Notes under the pieces: generated by a model | The model's input: the letters and a program-made list of their open reading frames with translations, nothing else | Told to the model about the DNA's origin: nothing | The model's database searches: none | From: a virus | Taxonomy: Duplodnaviria > Caudoviricetes | IMG/VR virus record: IMGVR_UViG_3300006201_000010 | Span: 1 to 64,000 of that record | Strand: one strand, 5' to 3' | Length of the DNA: 64,000 nt | Program-made: the position numbers and the translations under genes | Part shown: piece by piece, positions 1-10,600 of the stretch | How positions within the stretch are numbered: the first letter of the stretch is position 1 | How the letters are laid out: every line of letters starts with the position of its first letter

Positions 1-18
1 CATTTATTCCTCTCTTCC

Positions 19-41
19 CCCCCCCCGACGCGCGGGTGGGG
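19..41 (-). other. GC hairpin downstream of DGR variable region 1; one arm is a G10 tract (17-26)
   Basis: Minus strand CCCCACCCG-cgcgt-CGGGGGGGG: 9-bp stem with one mismatch, 5-nt loop, 26 nt after the VR end. Confidence 0.65.
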
Positions 42-49
42 ATTGTAGA

Positions 50-979
50 TTATGCGATTGTGAAGCGGGGGCGAAGGTAGTCCTCGCTGACCGCGTCGCC
101 GTTGTCCGCACGGCCATTGTCGCCCACAAAGCAGAAGTACCCAGCCGAGGCTACGTCACGCAGCCAGTAATATTCGCTGTTAATCAAGTCAGCAGTATTT
201 AAGCGGAATATCGGAAGTTGGTTTTTAGCAGTACCTGTATCAAAACCGCTTGAAGACCAAATAGTTCCGCCAAAAACTTCCATTTCCGACATAAGAACCG
301 CCTGAACGTCAACCCATGCCCAACTTGACGAAGCACCTGTAGCCTGCCCGAAGCGATTATATCGAGCACTATCTACTGCCGAAGATACAAGTTCTTTAAT
401 CGTTTGTAAGTGCGAGCCAAAAATATCATATAATTGCTCATTAATCGTACCGTTCGGATTGCCTGCGGTTGCTATAGGTCCAAGGATTGTTGTGTGCATT
501 TTTGAACCCTTATATCCGCCAGATGTTGTGGTGCTATTATTCATAGGCTGACAGTCACCAAAGTTTCTATCAGGAATTAAATCTAAGTGATTTTTCTTAT
601 ATGTGTAATAGTTACCCCAATGGCAGTTAAACCCTGCGATTTTGACAATATCTGTACCGCTATTATCACAATCGTCGCCAACCACTTTTACTACGCGAGG
701 CATTTTAATAAAATCGCCTATGTACAAATCCTCGAAAGGCGCAAAACCGTTTGTGCCCGCTATTCTGTCGTACAGCGATCCGTCGTTAAAGTACGACGTT
801 ATGTCCTTGCCACGGTAAATCGAGTTATGAAAACCCGCCGTATTAAGGTCTGCCGTATTAAGGATTGCATTAAACAGTTCTGCAAATTCAATCCTTTTTG
901 TTCCCTCTTCGCCGTCGTGAACTATTGACTGGTTCTTGGAAGGAACACCCTTTTGTAAGTCTTTGATGGTTATACCCAT
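50..979 (-). CDS. DUF6273-like C-type-lectin-fold tail/receptor-binding protein; DGR target 1
   Basis: HNSIYRGK...DLYIGD N-terminus and YWLRDV...FC.V...G.A....A......LRPRF C-terminus typical of Firmicutes phage DGR targets; last gene of the tail fibre module in the window. Confidence 0.8.
   Translation of the reverse strand: MGITIKDLQKGVPSKNQSIVHDGEEGTKRIEFAELFNAILNTADLNTAGFHNSIYRGKDITSYFNDGSLYDRIAGTNGFAPFEDLYIGDFIKMPRVVKVVGDDCDNSGTDIVKIAGFNCHWGNYYTYKKNHLDLIPDRNFGDCQPMNNSTTTSGGYKGSKMHTTILGPIATAGNPNGTINEQLYDIFGSHLQTIKELVSSAVDSARYNRFGQATGASSSWAWVDVQAVLMSEMEVFGGTIWSSSGFDTGTAKNQLPIFRLNTADLINSEYYWLRDVASAGYFCFVGDNGRADNGDAVSEDYLRPRFTIA
68..151 (-). repeat. DGR variable region VR1
   Basis: 67/84 nt identical to 48078-48161; all 17 differences are at codon positions 1 or 2. 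Confidence 0.85.
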
Positions 980-1001
980 AAAAATAAATCTCCTTATTTT
1001 T

Positions 1002-1559
1002 TTATTTGATTTTTAATTTAAAGTTATATTGAATATTGTTACCACTGTCGTCAACGAGCATTTCCTCGTTCGACGTGTAGAGCGGTGCAGATAAGCCCTT
1101 ACCGCTTACACAAGCGTTATAAATATCGTCAACCGTTAAGCCATTGCATTCGGGAATTTCTATCGGCTTAACAAACCAAGGAAGATTGTTCCAGTTTGTT
1201 ACACTGTCACCAATTTTGGCAGAATTATCATCTATGACATAGCCGATAACCCCATTCTCAAGTATAGGGTTTTTTTCTTGCCATTCTTTAAGGCTTGCCC
1301 GGACAATAAACGGCTTTTCTTCTTTAGGCGGCTCGTCGTCTTTGCTGACCATTTTGACATATTTCTTTTCTATGTCGTTCCAGTAATAAAACTCGTTGGC
1401 TGTAGTGTCTATGTACACTAAATTGCCTTTACCTGTGGCGGGAAATTCCGCAACAGATTTTGCTTGAACTACTGCGTTGTAAATAACTGTTGTGTTGCTA
1501 CCGCCACCCGACCCGCCACCACCACCCGCAATGGGGAATGAATAAGGAATTAGAACCAT
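1002..1559 (-). CDS. Tail-associated protein with Mtd_N/hyaluronidase-N-like motif
   Basis: W..KNPIL.NG.IGY..D....KIGD.VTNWNNLPW motif; Gly-rich N-terminus; located in the fibre module. Confidence 0.6.
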   Translation of the reverse strand: MVLIPYSFPIAGGGGGSGGGSNTTVIYNAVVQAKSVAEFPATGKGNLVYIDTTANEFYYWNDIEKKYVKMVSKDDEPPKEEKPFIVRASLKEWQEKNPILENGVIGYVIDDNSAKIGDSVTNWNNLPWFVKPIEIPECNGLTVDDIYNACVSGKGLSAPLYTSNEEMLVDDSGNNIQYNFKLKIK

Positions 1560-1846
1560 AATTGTTGCACCTCTACTTCGCCTGTGCCTTTTATGTAAAG
1601 CGTTTTAGCCTTGGCTTGACCGTTAAATCCGTCACGTTCGTTTATTACGCAAACCTGAGCATAGCCGTTTGAAATCTTAATAGACGTATCTTCCGAAACC
1701 GTATCTTCAAACGATACATAAATATCGCCACCTGAAAAGTTTTTTACGAGATACTGACCGCCGTATGTGTCAAATTCTAATTCCGAAACACCACCCGTAA
1801 GTTGTATTCTTTTTACACGTTGTATGGGTTGATTGTTTTTTGCCAT
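1550..1846 (-). CDS. Hypothetical tail-module protein
   Basis: 98 aa ORF with RBS (GGAG), coupled to the next gene. Confidence 0.6.
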   Translation of the reverse strand: MAKNNQPIQRVKRIQLTGGVSELEFDTYGGQYLVKNFSGGDIYVSFEDTVSEDTSIKISNGYAQVCVINERDGFNGQAKAKTLYIKGTGEVEVQQLWF

Positions 1847-1877
1847 ATTCGGTATTCTCCTTTGATTATTTTTATAA

Positions 1878-3011
1878 TTAAGAAATATGAACTTTTATGG
1901 TTGCCTGTAAAAGCTCTCCGTCAACTTCCAAATATTCACCGTCACTGGTTTCAATGGGCACACTCAAGTTGCCTTTTAATATAAGCATCGCAAAATCTTC
2001 AAGCCGCACACAATCATTACTTAAAAGCGGTTTAGACGATTTTATGTTCGCATCGGGGTTGTAACGCGGAATTGCGCCCGCAAGCGGGGTTTCGCTAACT
2101 ACCGCATCGCCAAGGTTGGCACCTGTAACACCTTGGGGAATTTCAAAATCTAAAACCGCGTTCTGTGCTGTACCTGAATTCTTAACCTTAGCGGGTTTAT
2201 CGGGCGCAACCGTAGTTACCGAACCTATTTCAAGACTTGTATTTTTACCCTGATATGCTACTGTATATATTGTTGAAGTTGAATTATCGGTGTATATTGT
2301 TACTGTCTTAGACCAAAGGAATTTGCCTTGCGTAAGTGTGGGCGGAATGAATGACGACCAGTCGCCTTCGGGGGGCGCAGCACCTGAATCACTTACCGCA
2401 TAATTTATTGTTGTGGTTGAAATACCTATGCCGTTATAACCAACTGAATAATATACCGCGTCCGTGCCGTCTGTGTAGTTGATTTTTATTCGCGTCCAGA
2501 GAAATGTGTTTACCTTAACGGTGGGAATTGTTTTTGTCCAAGCTGTGGTGTCGGCGGGAATGTCTGTACCGCTCGTTGTGCGCTGATAGTCAATCTCTGT
2601 TGATTTAACACCAACGCCAGTTACACCGCCCGCACCTACCGCATACGAAACAACCTGTGCACCGTCGGTATATGTAAGCGTTATTCTTGTCCACAGAAAG
2701 TCGCCCGGCTTAACTGTTGGAATAGTTCCGCTCCACCCTTCTTCGGGGGGTGTGGTTACGTCAGGTTTTGTTGTGATATAGTCTATTGTGGTTGACGATA
2801 TACCTCTACCAGACGCAAGTTCCATCCAGTAATTTTCCCAGTTCTCGTCGATTGTGGGGCGGACATTTATGCTACTTTTTTTAGCAATATAAGTGCCGAA
2901 ATTGTGTGTAACAATGTTGAGCTTTTGGTAAACGGTTTTTGCTTCCCATTTACCGCGCGCTACGGGTACCACAATTCCAAGTTCGCGTTGGTCAATGACT
3001 GTTGAACCCAT
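1878..3011 (-). CDS. Tail fibre-like protein with three ~60-aa internal repeats
   Basis: Repeats of G(I/V).ST.I.Y...W..T.P....G.FLW.....YTD; start moved to 3011 because of AGGAGG RBS. Confidence 0.7.
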   Translation of the reverse strand: MGSTVIDQRELGIVVPVARGKWEAKTVYQKLNIVTHNFGTYIAKKSSINVRPTIDENWENYWMELASGRGISSTTIDYITTKPDVTTPPEEGWSGTIPTVKPGDFLWTRITLTYTDGAQVVSYAVGAGGVTGVGVKSTEIDYQRTTSGTDIPADTTAWTKTIPTVKVNTFLWTRIKINYTDGTDAVYYSVGYNGIGISTTTINYAVSDSGAAPPEGDWSSFIPPTLTQGKFLWSKTVTIYTDNSTSTIYTVAYQGKNTSLEIGSVTTVAPDKPAKVKNSGTAQNAVLDFEIPQGVTGANLGDAVVSETPLAGAIPRYNPDANIKSSKPLLSNDCVRLEDFAMLILKGNLSVPIETSDGEYLEVDGELLQATIKVHIS

Positions 3012-3054
3012 TAAAGAAATACCTCCTATTTTTTTAGTTTTATTGAAAAATAAT

Positions 3055-3140
3055 AAAAGGCTATAAGCAGACAAAACCTTTTGATTCTGTAACTGCTTAT
3101 AGCCCCTTTTGGCTTTCCCTATCGTCCATTTACGATAAGA
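3055..3140 (-). ncRNA. Recurrent structured RNA element, copy A
   Basis: Hairpin (loop AAATGG) + AAAGCC + AAAAGGGGCTAT...ATAGCCTTTT stem; same architecture as copies B and C. Confidence 0.6.
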
Positions 3141-3173
3141 TAAGTATTAAGTTGTACATGCATGGTTCGACGA

Positions 3174-3482
3174 CTATATCGACCAAGAACCGTTCTGCAT
3201 AATAATTCCGTTGTTTATATCTTGCGAGTACCAAACACTGACCGTTTTTCCTACAGCTAACGCAGATACTGGCATTCTTGAATTATACGGCAATGTAATA
3301 GCCTTTTCGTCAAAAGGAAAATGCACCTTAACCGTTTTTTCTGTAGTGTTGGGCGGTTCTGCCACTATCATTTTTCTTGCTTTTATGGCCGCCCTTACGA
3401 CTGGGTGATTTTCTATAACTTCGCTTACGAAGTCTGTAAGCATATGTTTAAACGCTTCGGCTTCTTTTAATTTATCACTCAT
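3174..3482 (-). CDS. Small baseplate/tail protein (hypothetical)
   Basis: ORF; likely start MSDKLK at 3482, just after the upstream stop. Confidence 0.55.
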   Translation of the reverse strand: MSDKLKEAEAFKHMLTDFVSEVIENHPVVRAAIKARKMIVAEPPNTTEKTVKVHFPFDEKAITLPYNSRMPVSALAVGKTVSVWYSQDINNGIIMQNGSWSI

Positions 3483-3492
3483 AATTATTCTA

Positions 3493-4797
3493 TCATATTC
3501 CTTGCGATAAGTCCAAATCTTTAACCGTAACTTTCGGAAAATCATTTGTCGAGGTTGCGGTAATACTCATACTGCCCGACGAAGAAAGCGGAAGGCTGTA
3601 TGACTGTATTAAATGCCTTTCTAATCCGCCGCCCTGCTTATCTGACCTAAGTACCGATATAATGTTGTTTTCGCGTAAATGGAAAAGCTGGGGGCACGAA
3701 ATCGTAATTGATTTTTGTAATACCGTCTTCTGTTTTAAATACTGGCTTGTAAGGTCGCGGCATTGCTCTACCGAGTAGCAAGTATTTGAGCTTTCAAAAT
3801 AGGTCTTCTTGCCTATAAGGTTTGCATTTGTGTCGCTTGCCGGGTCAAGGTTTGTTGCTCGTGCGCCAACCATAGCCTCGTCCAAAGTTTCACCGAAAAC
3901 GATAATATCGTTAAAGACATTTGTCGGTTTTGCGCTTTCGGAAATAGAAAACGTTGTCTTCCCGCCTTTTACTGTGAACGTCCACAAAACGGGTTTAGTC
4001 ATATCGTTAATATCTTCCTGCGATGCGTCAACTCTTAATGCGCCTGTTTCGTCATAGCCTATCCAACTAACAAGTAAAGTATTCAGGTCAAGCAAGACGT
4101 TTGAATACGCACCGCCTGACGACGTTGTAACGGTGTGCGGCGCAAGGCACATAGGCACGATTTGTCCGTTAATTGTAATGGTGCGGTTGTTGTAAAAGCT
4201 CGTAAATATAGGCTGCACACTGTCTATCATTTCCGCCTTATTTTTGGTTTCCTTGTGAGTAAACTTCGATAGACGCAGAATTCCAGCCATTGCCTCAAAA
4301 ATATTCGTTCTGTTTAAGATTTCGTATGTGTTTTCGAGTTTGCCGAAAAGAGATCCGTCAAGATATGCCCATTTGTCAACCAGTGAATATGACGATTTTC
4401 TGCTGTTGGGTTTTAATTCGAGTTTAGGGTCGTCGAAATAAAACACGCCTTGCGATAAATAGAAATCTTGTTCGCTCTGCAAGCGGATTCCCATTGATAA
4501 TCTTACCTTGTTACCGAACCATATCTTGTTGACCGCATAATCAAATGCGCCGTCAAGATTTTCAAATGTTACACTCGCCTTTCTGCGCTGCCCATTGTTT
4601 AAGGAAACGCTAAGCGAGCCGTCCTGAATAAATGCTCTACTGTCGGCGTAACCACCGTAACCGCGCTTAAAGTTATTATCAAGCGCGAATGCTACGGTGT
4701 TGTCCGGGTTAAGAAATTCAAGTTTGGTCAGTTTTTTGTATCGTTCGGGATATTCAACTTCCCGAAGGTATTGCTGGTATGGTGTTAATGTTGCCAT
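3493..4797 (-). CDS. Tail protein (baseplate hub/Tal-like, DUF5048-like)
   Basis: Position after the distal tail gene; NNGQRRKASVTF and GVFY motifs seen in this family. Confidence 0.65.
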   Translation of the reverse strand: MATLTPYQQYLREVEYPERYKKLTKLEFLNPDNTVAFALDNNFKRGYGGYADSRAFIQDGSLSVSLNNGQRRKASVTFENLDGAFDYAVNKIWFGNKVRLSMGIRLQSEQDFYLSQGVFYFDDPKLELKPNSRKSSYSLVDKWAYLDGSLFGKLENTYEILNRTNIFEAMAGILRLSKFTHKETKNKAEMIDSVQPIFTSFYNNRTITINGQIVPMCLAPHTVTTSSGGAYSNVLLDLNTLLVSWIGYDETGALRVDASQEDINDMTKPVLWTFTVKGGKTTFSISESAKPTNVFNDIIVFGETLDEAMVGARATNLDPASDTNANLIGKKTYFESSNTCYSVEQCRDLTSQYLKQKTVLQKSITISCPQLFHLRENNIISVLRSDKQGGGLERHLIQSYSLPLSSSGSMSITATSTNDFPKVTVKDLDLSQGI

Positions 4798-4803
4798 GCG
4801 GGT

Positions 4804-7629
4804 TTAGTCCTCGTCTGTGGTATTCTTTATTACCTTAGCTGTCAATATACCGAATTTACCCTCGTCTTTCTCTGCCGAATCGGGTAATTCAAATGTGGGC
4901 GCACTCATAACCTTTGGTGTCTTAGCAATAAGGACTTCCCTATCCTCGCCACCGAGAGCAAATGTTGTTCCGTTGTAAGGTAAAGGATATTTTGCAATAA
5001 GTTGACCAGTTGTTAAATCTACGTCGAAATCTACGCCAAGAACATCCTCGTCAACACGCCAGCCAACGTCTGTTGAAAGCTGAATAATTGTTACCTCACT
5101 TGCGTCGCCTATCTCTACCCAAGGCAAGGATATTTTCTTTTGCATTTGACGAGTTTTAAGGTTGGGCTCCATAGTAACAGCACCGTTCGTGTGTACCATT
5201 CTTATATGCCCTTCCATATCACGCATAAACAGTGTGTATGTGGTCGTTGAAAGGTCTTTGAGTTCTCTTTCAAGCTCTATACTGTCGTAGTACTCATCGT
5301 CGCTCACAATACCTATAAGGGCTTGCAGTGTGCCACTGTCATAATTCTGCACCGAACCCATTCTTGTCGGATAGCGCGTAAAATTCGCGGTTAGAGAGGG
5401 TGAATTGTTGTTTGATACAGAACCTTGCGAAATGTTGTACTCAAATATGTATTGCTTTACAACGTGATAAGCCTCGTCTTCTTCGCTGTATTCCGTAGCC
5501 AACAAGCTATAATTTTTAAATCTCGGCGATATAGTTTTTTCTATTTCGACTGAAGACATAAGCGCGCCATTGTTATCGTAGGCAAATAAATGATAGCGGT
5601 AGCTTTTGCCGCTCACAATACCAAAGTCTTTAAGGCGCGTAACGAGTGAACTTGTTTTAGCAATCACTTTTAATTCACTGCTACCTTCTTCTTGTCTATA
5701 TATACGGAACCCCCTATTTGTTGAAACAGTACCTATACCACCCTCAATATTGTAAGTGAAGTTTGCTGTCATATATAGTTGGTAGGTTTCGCTATTCCAA
5801 GACGGCTCAAACGTTGCGCCGCCACCTGCTCGTAATTCGTTCAAAATCGTATCGCCATTACCCTGAATTACGGAAATACAATCGCACCCTGCACCATTCT
5901 CGCCACCGTCTATCATTACGGAAGTAATCGCGTCCTGCGTGTACCGCACCGACGTTCTGGTCCAGTCTAACAACCTGTCGCCTTCGTATGAAAAAGCGTA
6001 AATATCTGTAGGCGTTATTAAAAGGGCGGTTTCTGAGTTGTCTGCTGCGATATTTAATTCGGCTTGAACATTGCTGCCGTTTGAGTTAAGAATATTTATC
6101 GCAATAAAGTTGCCTGTAACGTCTGAGTAGTCGTCTGCTATATCTATTACCCTGATATAGTACCCGACAAATTCTTCATCGTCCCACTGCTCTCTAATTT
6201 CGCAAATATACCCTTCTTCTGTAACGCACAAATCGCCGTTTTGGGGTGGCGGGTTAGTCGGCGTAAATTCGTTTAACGTTAAGTCATATCTTTGCTGTCC
6301 TACGCTTAAATCGTCGTAAGGGTAGTTCCAAGTATATTTGATTTTAGGGGAAATTCTTGACGCGGTTATTCTGCCGTTATTTATATTCAAGAAATTGCCC
6401 TTGGGGGTAGCGTCATTTATTCTACCCTTCCATAAGACAGCCCACGGTCCCGTGAAGTTCATAGGGTTGTCTGTAACCTGATTCCAAGTTATTGTTGTAT
6501 TTGCGGGTAACGTAACCGAGCCATTAGCCAGTGTATAAGTCCCGCTGGCGCGCGCCGGGATAATAGTTGCATTATCAAGCACATCCCACGCAAGACCGAC
6601 ACTGTTCTCCGAGCGGTAATATTCTGCTGAAAATGAACCTGAATAAACGTCGGCTGTATAGCTCACGCTAAATCCAACCCAGCCCGAACTGATTTGTATG
6701 CCTGATTCTGTTTCAACCGTACAGCGCACTGCATAGTCTGTGTTGTTGAATAAGCCGTCGAGTTCGTAGGCAAGCACTGACGTATAAATGTTGCCCGTGT
6801 CCGCTAAGTGGTTACTTCTATCGTGCCCGTCAGCAAGTTCCCACCGTACCCACTTAATCGCATCGTCTTGTGCTTGACTATAATCTGCCGTAAACTCTGC
6901 AAATGCAGTATTCAATGTTTCGCCGTCATTTACGCTTAACTGCAGTGTGGGGTGTGTCCTTGTAATTATTGCTGATTCTGAAATCTGTTGTACGAAGTCA
7001 ACGCCAAAATCGGCATTATATTGAGGCTGGTCGCCCCAAATTCTTATTGCATTTTCGGGCGCGGTGCCGTTTGCATTAAAGCCCGCAGTAGTAAGAACTA
7101 TGCGTTTTGTGTTGCCTTCTCGTGTTTCAATCCACCCAACGCCGTTTGTAAAGCTGTAATAGAATGTTATGCTGTCGTAATCTTCGTTTACTGCAAAATA
7201 GACCGCGCCGTTAGCGTACTCGTCGCTGTACTGATCCATAAGGAAATAATACATTTTGCCTCTTTGTGGCGCGGTGAGAGGTATTGAAACTACGCTATTT
7301 TGCGCTTTAAACCATTGTGTAATTCTAAACTTATAATCGTTGCCGTCTGCCAGTCCGAATTCACTTGCCCAAGTTCCGCCTGATATGTAAGAAAAGTAAA
7401 CAGATTTACCGCGTTGGTCGGTACCGTTAAAGGGGCACCTTGTTGTTAAATAACCTGTCGATTTAATAAAATTAGACTGTGCGTTGTTGGCGTACATATC
7501 AATTTGAAAGCCTTGTAACGCGCTATTGCCGTTTACTTGCCATTGAATATTTACTTGGTCGCTCGCCGAAATCGTACCGCTGTTTGTAAATGTTGACGGT
7601 ATTATTTGATTAGGCTCGTAAATCGCCAT
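4804..7629 (-). CDS. Large tail protein (distal tail/FN3-like beta-rich)
   Basis: 941 aa, directly after tape measure; FN3-like FRIYR...DFGIVSGKSYRYHL motif. Confidence 0.65.
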   Translation of the reverse strand: MAIYEPNQIIPSTFTNSGTISASDQVNIQWQVNGNSALQGFQIDMYANNAQSNFIKSTGYLTTRCPFNGTDQRGKSVYFSYISGGTWASEFGLADGNDYKFRITQWFKAQNSVVSIPLTAPQRGKMYYFLMDQYSDEYANGAVYFAVNEDYDSITFYYSFTNGVGWIETREGNTKRIVLTTAGFNANGTAPENAIRIWGDQPQYNADFGVDFVQQISESAIITRTHPTLQLSVNDGETLNTAFAEFTADYSQAQDDAIKWVRWELADGHDRSNHLADTGNIYTSVLAYELDGLFNNTDYAVRCTVETESGIQISSGWVGFSVSYTADVYSGSFSAEYYRSENSVGLAWDVLDNATIIPARASGTYTLANGSVTLPANTTITWNQVTDNPMNFTGPWAVLWKGRINDATPKGNFLNINNGRITASRISPKIKYTWNYPYDDLSVGQQRYDLTLNEFTPTNPPPQNGDLCVTEEGYICEIREQWDDEEFVGYYIRVIDIADDYSDVTGNFIAINILNSNGSNVQAELNIAADNSETALLITPTDIYAFSYEGDRLLDWTRTSVRYTQDAITSVMIDGGENGAGCDCISVIQGNGDTILNELRAGGGATFEPSWNSETYQLYMTANFTYNIEGGIGTVSTNRGFRIYRQEEGSSELKVIAKTSSLVTRLKDFGIVSGKSYRYHLFAYDNNGALMSSVEIEKTISPRFKNYSLLATEYSEEDEAYHVVKQYIFEYNISQGSVSNNNSPSLTANFTRYPTRMGSVQNYDSGTLQALIGIVSDDEYYDSIELERELKDLSTTTYTLFMRDMEGHIRMVHTNGAVTMEPNLKTRQMQKKISLPWVEIGDASEVTIIQLSTDVGWRVDEDVLGVDFDVDLTTGQLIAKYPLPYNGTTFALGGEDREVLIAKTPKVMSAPTFELPDSAEKDEGKFGILTAKVIKNTTDED

Positions 7630-7654
7630 AATTCTCTGCTCCTTTTCTTATTAG

Positions 7655-10600
7655 TTATTTGTTAGGAATAATCTTTGCAAGCGAAAACAAGTCCGCTACG
7701 GTCATTGTCTTTGCGTCTTGGCTGACAGTCATTCCGTTTACAATTACTTGACCGCTATTATCGACACTATTATTGGTATTACCGAAGTTGCTCTGTGCCA
7801 TCGGCGATTGACTGTACTTATGAGCTTTCTCGAACATAATTCCCATATTATTTACATACTTATCCCATTCAGCATTCCGTCTGGGCGAAAGTATCATTGA
7901 GGTAAGGTCAGGGTCGTTTACGGTTTCGGGACGGCTGGTGGGTTTTGCCATATAGCCTGCTCCCCCAGCAATACCACCACTATCGAATGTGCCATAAACG
8001 CTTGTAACGGTCTTTTTTAATGCTTCAAAGTTTGTGTTCTTGGTGTCGTTCCAGAATGAACCCCAACCGTCAAGTGCTCTTAATTTGACGATACCGCCGT
8101 CAAGATTGCCGTATATTTCACCATTGTAGCCGAATATTGCTCTATCGCCTAAGCCTAATGCTTCAACGGCTTGTTTGAGTATTTCGTTGTTTATTTCGCC
8201 AGCGTTTTCTACGTTGTAATCTACGCCCGCCCATTTAACATTGCCATTGTCGCCTACTTTGCTTTTATTGATACCTCTGCCTTCCGCGCCTTTAAGGACG
8301 ACGATTTTATCTTTGGCAATATCAACGTCGCTCTTTTGCTGTGGTTGATTCAACGAAGGTGTAGTTTGAGTAATTGAGGGAATCGGCGTGTAATCGCCCG
8401 GCTCTGTTTTAATCGGTTGAGTAACGTCAACTTTGGTTACTTCTTTTATTGCACCGACTATATCAGTGAAGAAACTCGGCAATTCGCCAGTATAGGTCCT
8501 TATATCAAAGGCAACACCTAAAATACTATCCGCAACACCCGATATGCTGCCCGCAACACCATTAAGTCCGCCAGCGAAACCTGCCATTTCACCAGCAAAA
8601 CCTGCCATTTCACCAGCATAATCAGTGTTCAACAGCAAGTAGGGAGCAACCTCATTGAGAATTCCTATTACTTCGTCGTTTGTGGTTTGACCAGATTCAA
8701 GCAACTCAATAATTTTGTTGTAGGCAGCCTCTTGAAGATTTTGCTGTGCCTTTAATAAACTTGCCTCCGCGCTCTCTATTTTGTCTTCGGCTTCGGCGAT
8801 TTTCTTTTCGTCAGTCTGCCATTCCCACTGCCCAGTTGCAGTATTAAAACGTCTAACGGTGGCTTCGTTTTTGGCGTTTTCAAGGGCTTGTTGCGCCTCT
8901 AATACTTCTTTTTGGGCTTCTAATACAGAGAGCTTTTTTTCTTCCCATTCGTTGCTTGATTTTTCGGCATCACGCAACGCTTTGAGTTTGTCGATAAGGT
9001 CGCCGTAAAGACTTGTAACTTTTGAAATATCGTTCGCCCATTCTTCGACATGCGCCTTATATTTTCCAATATAACCTGAAAGCCCTTCGTTTATGAATGC
9101 GATTATAGCGTTCTTTTGCTCGTCAGTGTACTCGGTAGTTTCTTGGATTATTTTCTTTAACTGGTCATAGGAATCGCCTGCCTCTGCCGACGTGCCCATA
9201 GCACCGTAATAAAGACTGGAAAGTGTTTCGTTGTTAAGGACTTGCGCCTTTGCGAATAAATCAAGTGTGCTACCCTCAATATCTTCAATATCTTTAAGGG
9301 TACTTTCCATATCGTTCGCAACGTCACGAACCCCAGACCACGCTTTATGAAGTTCCTTATATTTACTACTACTTTTGCCGTTTTTAGCGGCTTCCACTTC
9401 AAGGGCGTTAGAGAGTTTGTCTTGCCAGTCACGCAAAAGGTCAAGGTTTTCTTGCGAATAGCCGATTTGTATTGTATCGTCGTTTACAAACTTATCGTAA
9501 CCCTTTATCCCGGCATAATCGAATGAATCTTTCAAGTCCTTCATTTCGTTTTTATCGCCGTTGCCCATTGTGTTATCAATGGCATTGCCGAGATATTCTT
9601 TTGCGTCTTCTAATTGCTTTTGTGCATCTTCGTAATCGCTTTGCGCTTTCAGCGCAGCCGCAGTACGGACTGATTCGGTATACTGATTAACCGAACTTGT
9701 TAAATCGTCATAACCAACGCGCAATGAAGTCAGATAATCGTTTTCAACGCCGTAGCTTTCTCTTAATTCGTTTGACAACTTAATTAAGTTGTTTAAAGCG
9801 TCTGTACGTTCTTCTTCGCTTGCAGAAGTATCACCCAAAACGTCTGCATACATTTCCAAGGACGCTATATTGTCCTGTAAGGCTTCATTGGCTTCATTCA
9901 GGGCTTCTACTGCGTCATTTATTGTTTCAATCGCTTGTACGGCTTCTTCTGTGGTTGCCTTTATTTCTTCACGGGCCGCGTCCGCGTTATCATTACAACA
10001 AGCTATGATTGCTTGAATAATCTCAATAACAGCTGTAACAGCAAGCAAAATCCAGCCTATAATGGGCACAGAGGCTAATAATGATTTAATGCTTGCAGCA
10101 ACGGCTTTAAAGCTCGCCGCAAGACCTGTATTCGCTGTTGTTAAGCCGAGCGAAGTCATTATTTCCGCACCCTGCGCTGCGGTTAATGTTCCAGATGCAA
10201 CAGCTTCTTGAATTGTGGCTTGTAATTTCGCTCTTTTCTTTGCGGACAGTTTAGTTAAGGCGTTTGAAAGACCCGCCTCTGTTATAATCTGCTTGGCTTG
10301 CGCCCCTGTTACCTTACCGCTCGCCGCAGCAGCAGCAATATCTTGTACAACTTGCTGTTTTTGCTTTGAAGTAAGTTTCGCAATAGCGGTAGCATCGGAA
10401 ATTGTTGCGGTTTTATTCTTTATTAAAGCGGAAGAATATGCGTTTACTCTTGCTGCTGCCTCTGACATTGCTTTATGGCGTAATGCCGCGCCCAAAGTGA
10501 AAGCGGCTACCGTAACTACTGGCAGTAATAAGTGCGCTTTGTCGAGAGCGTCCGCAAAGGTTAAAAGCCCGCTCGCCGCGTCGACAAAAAGTTTCTTAAT

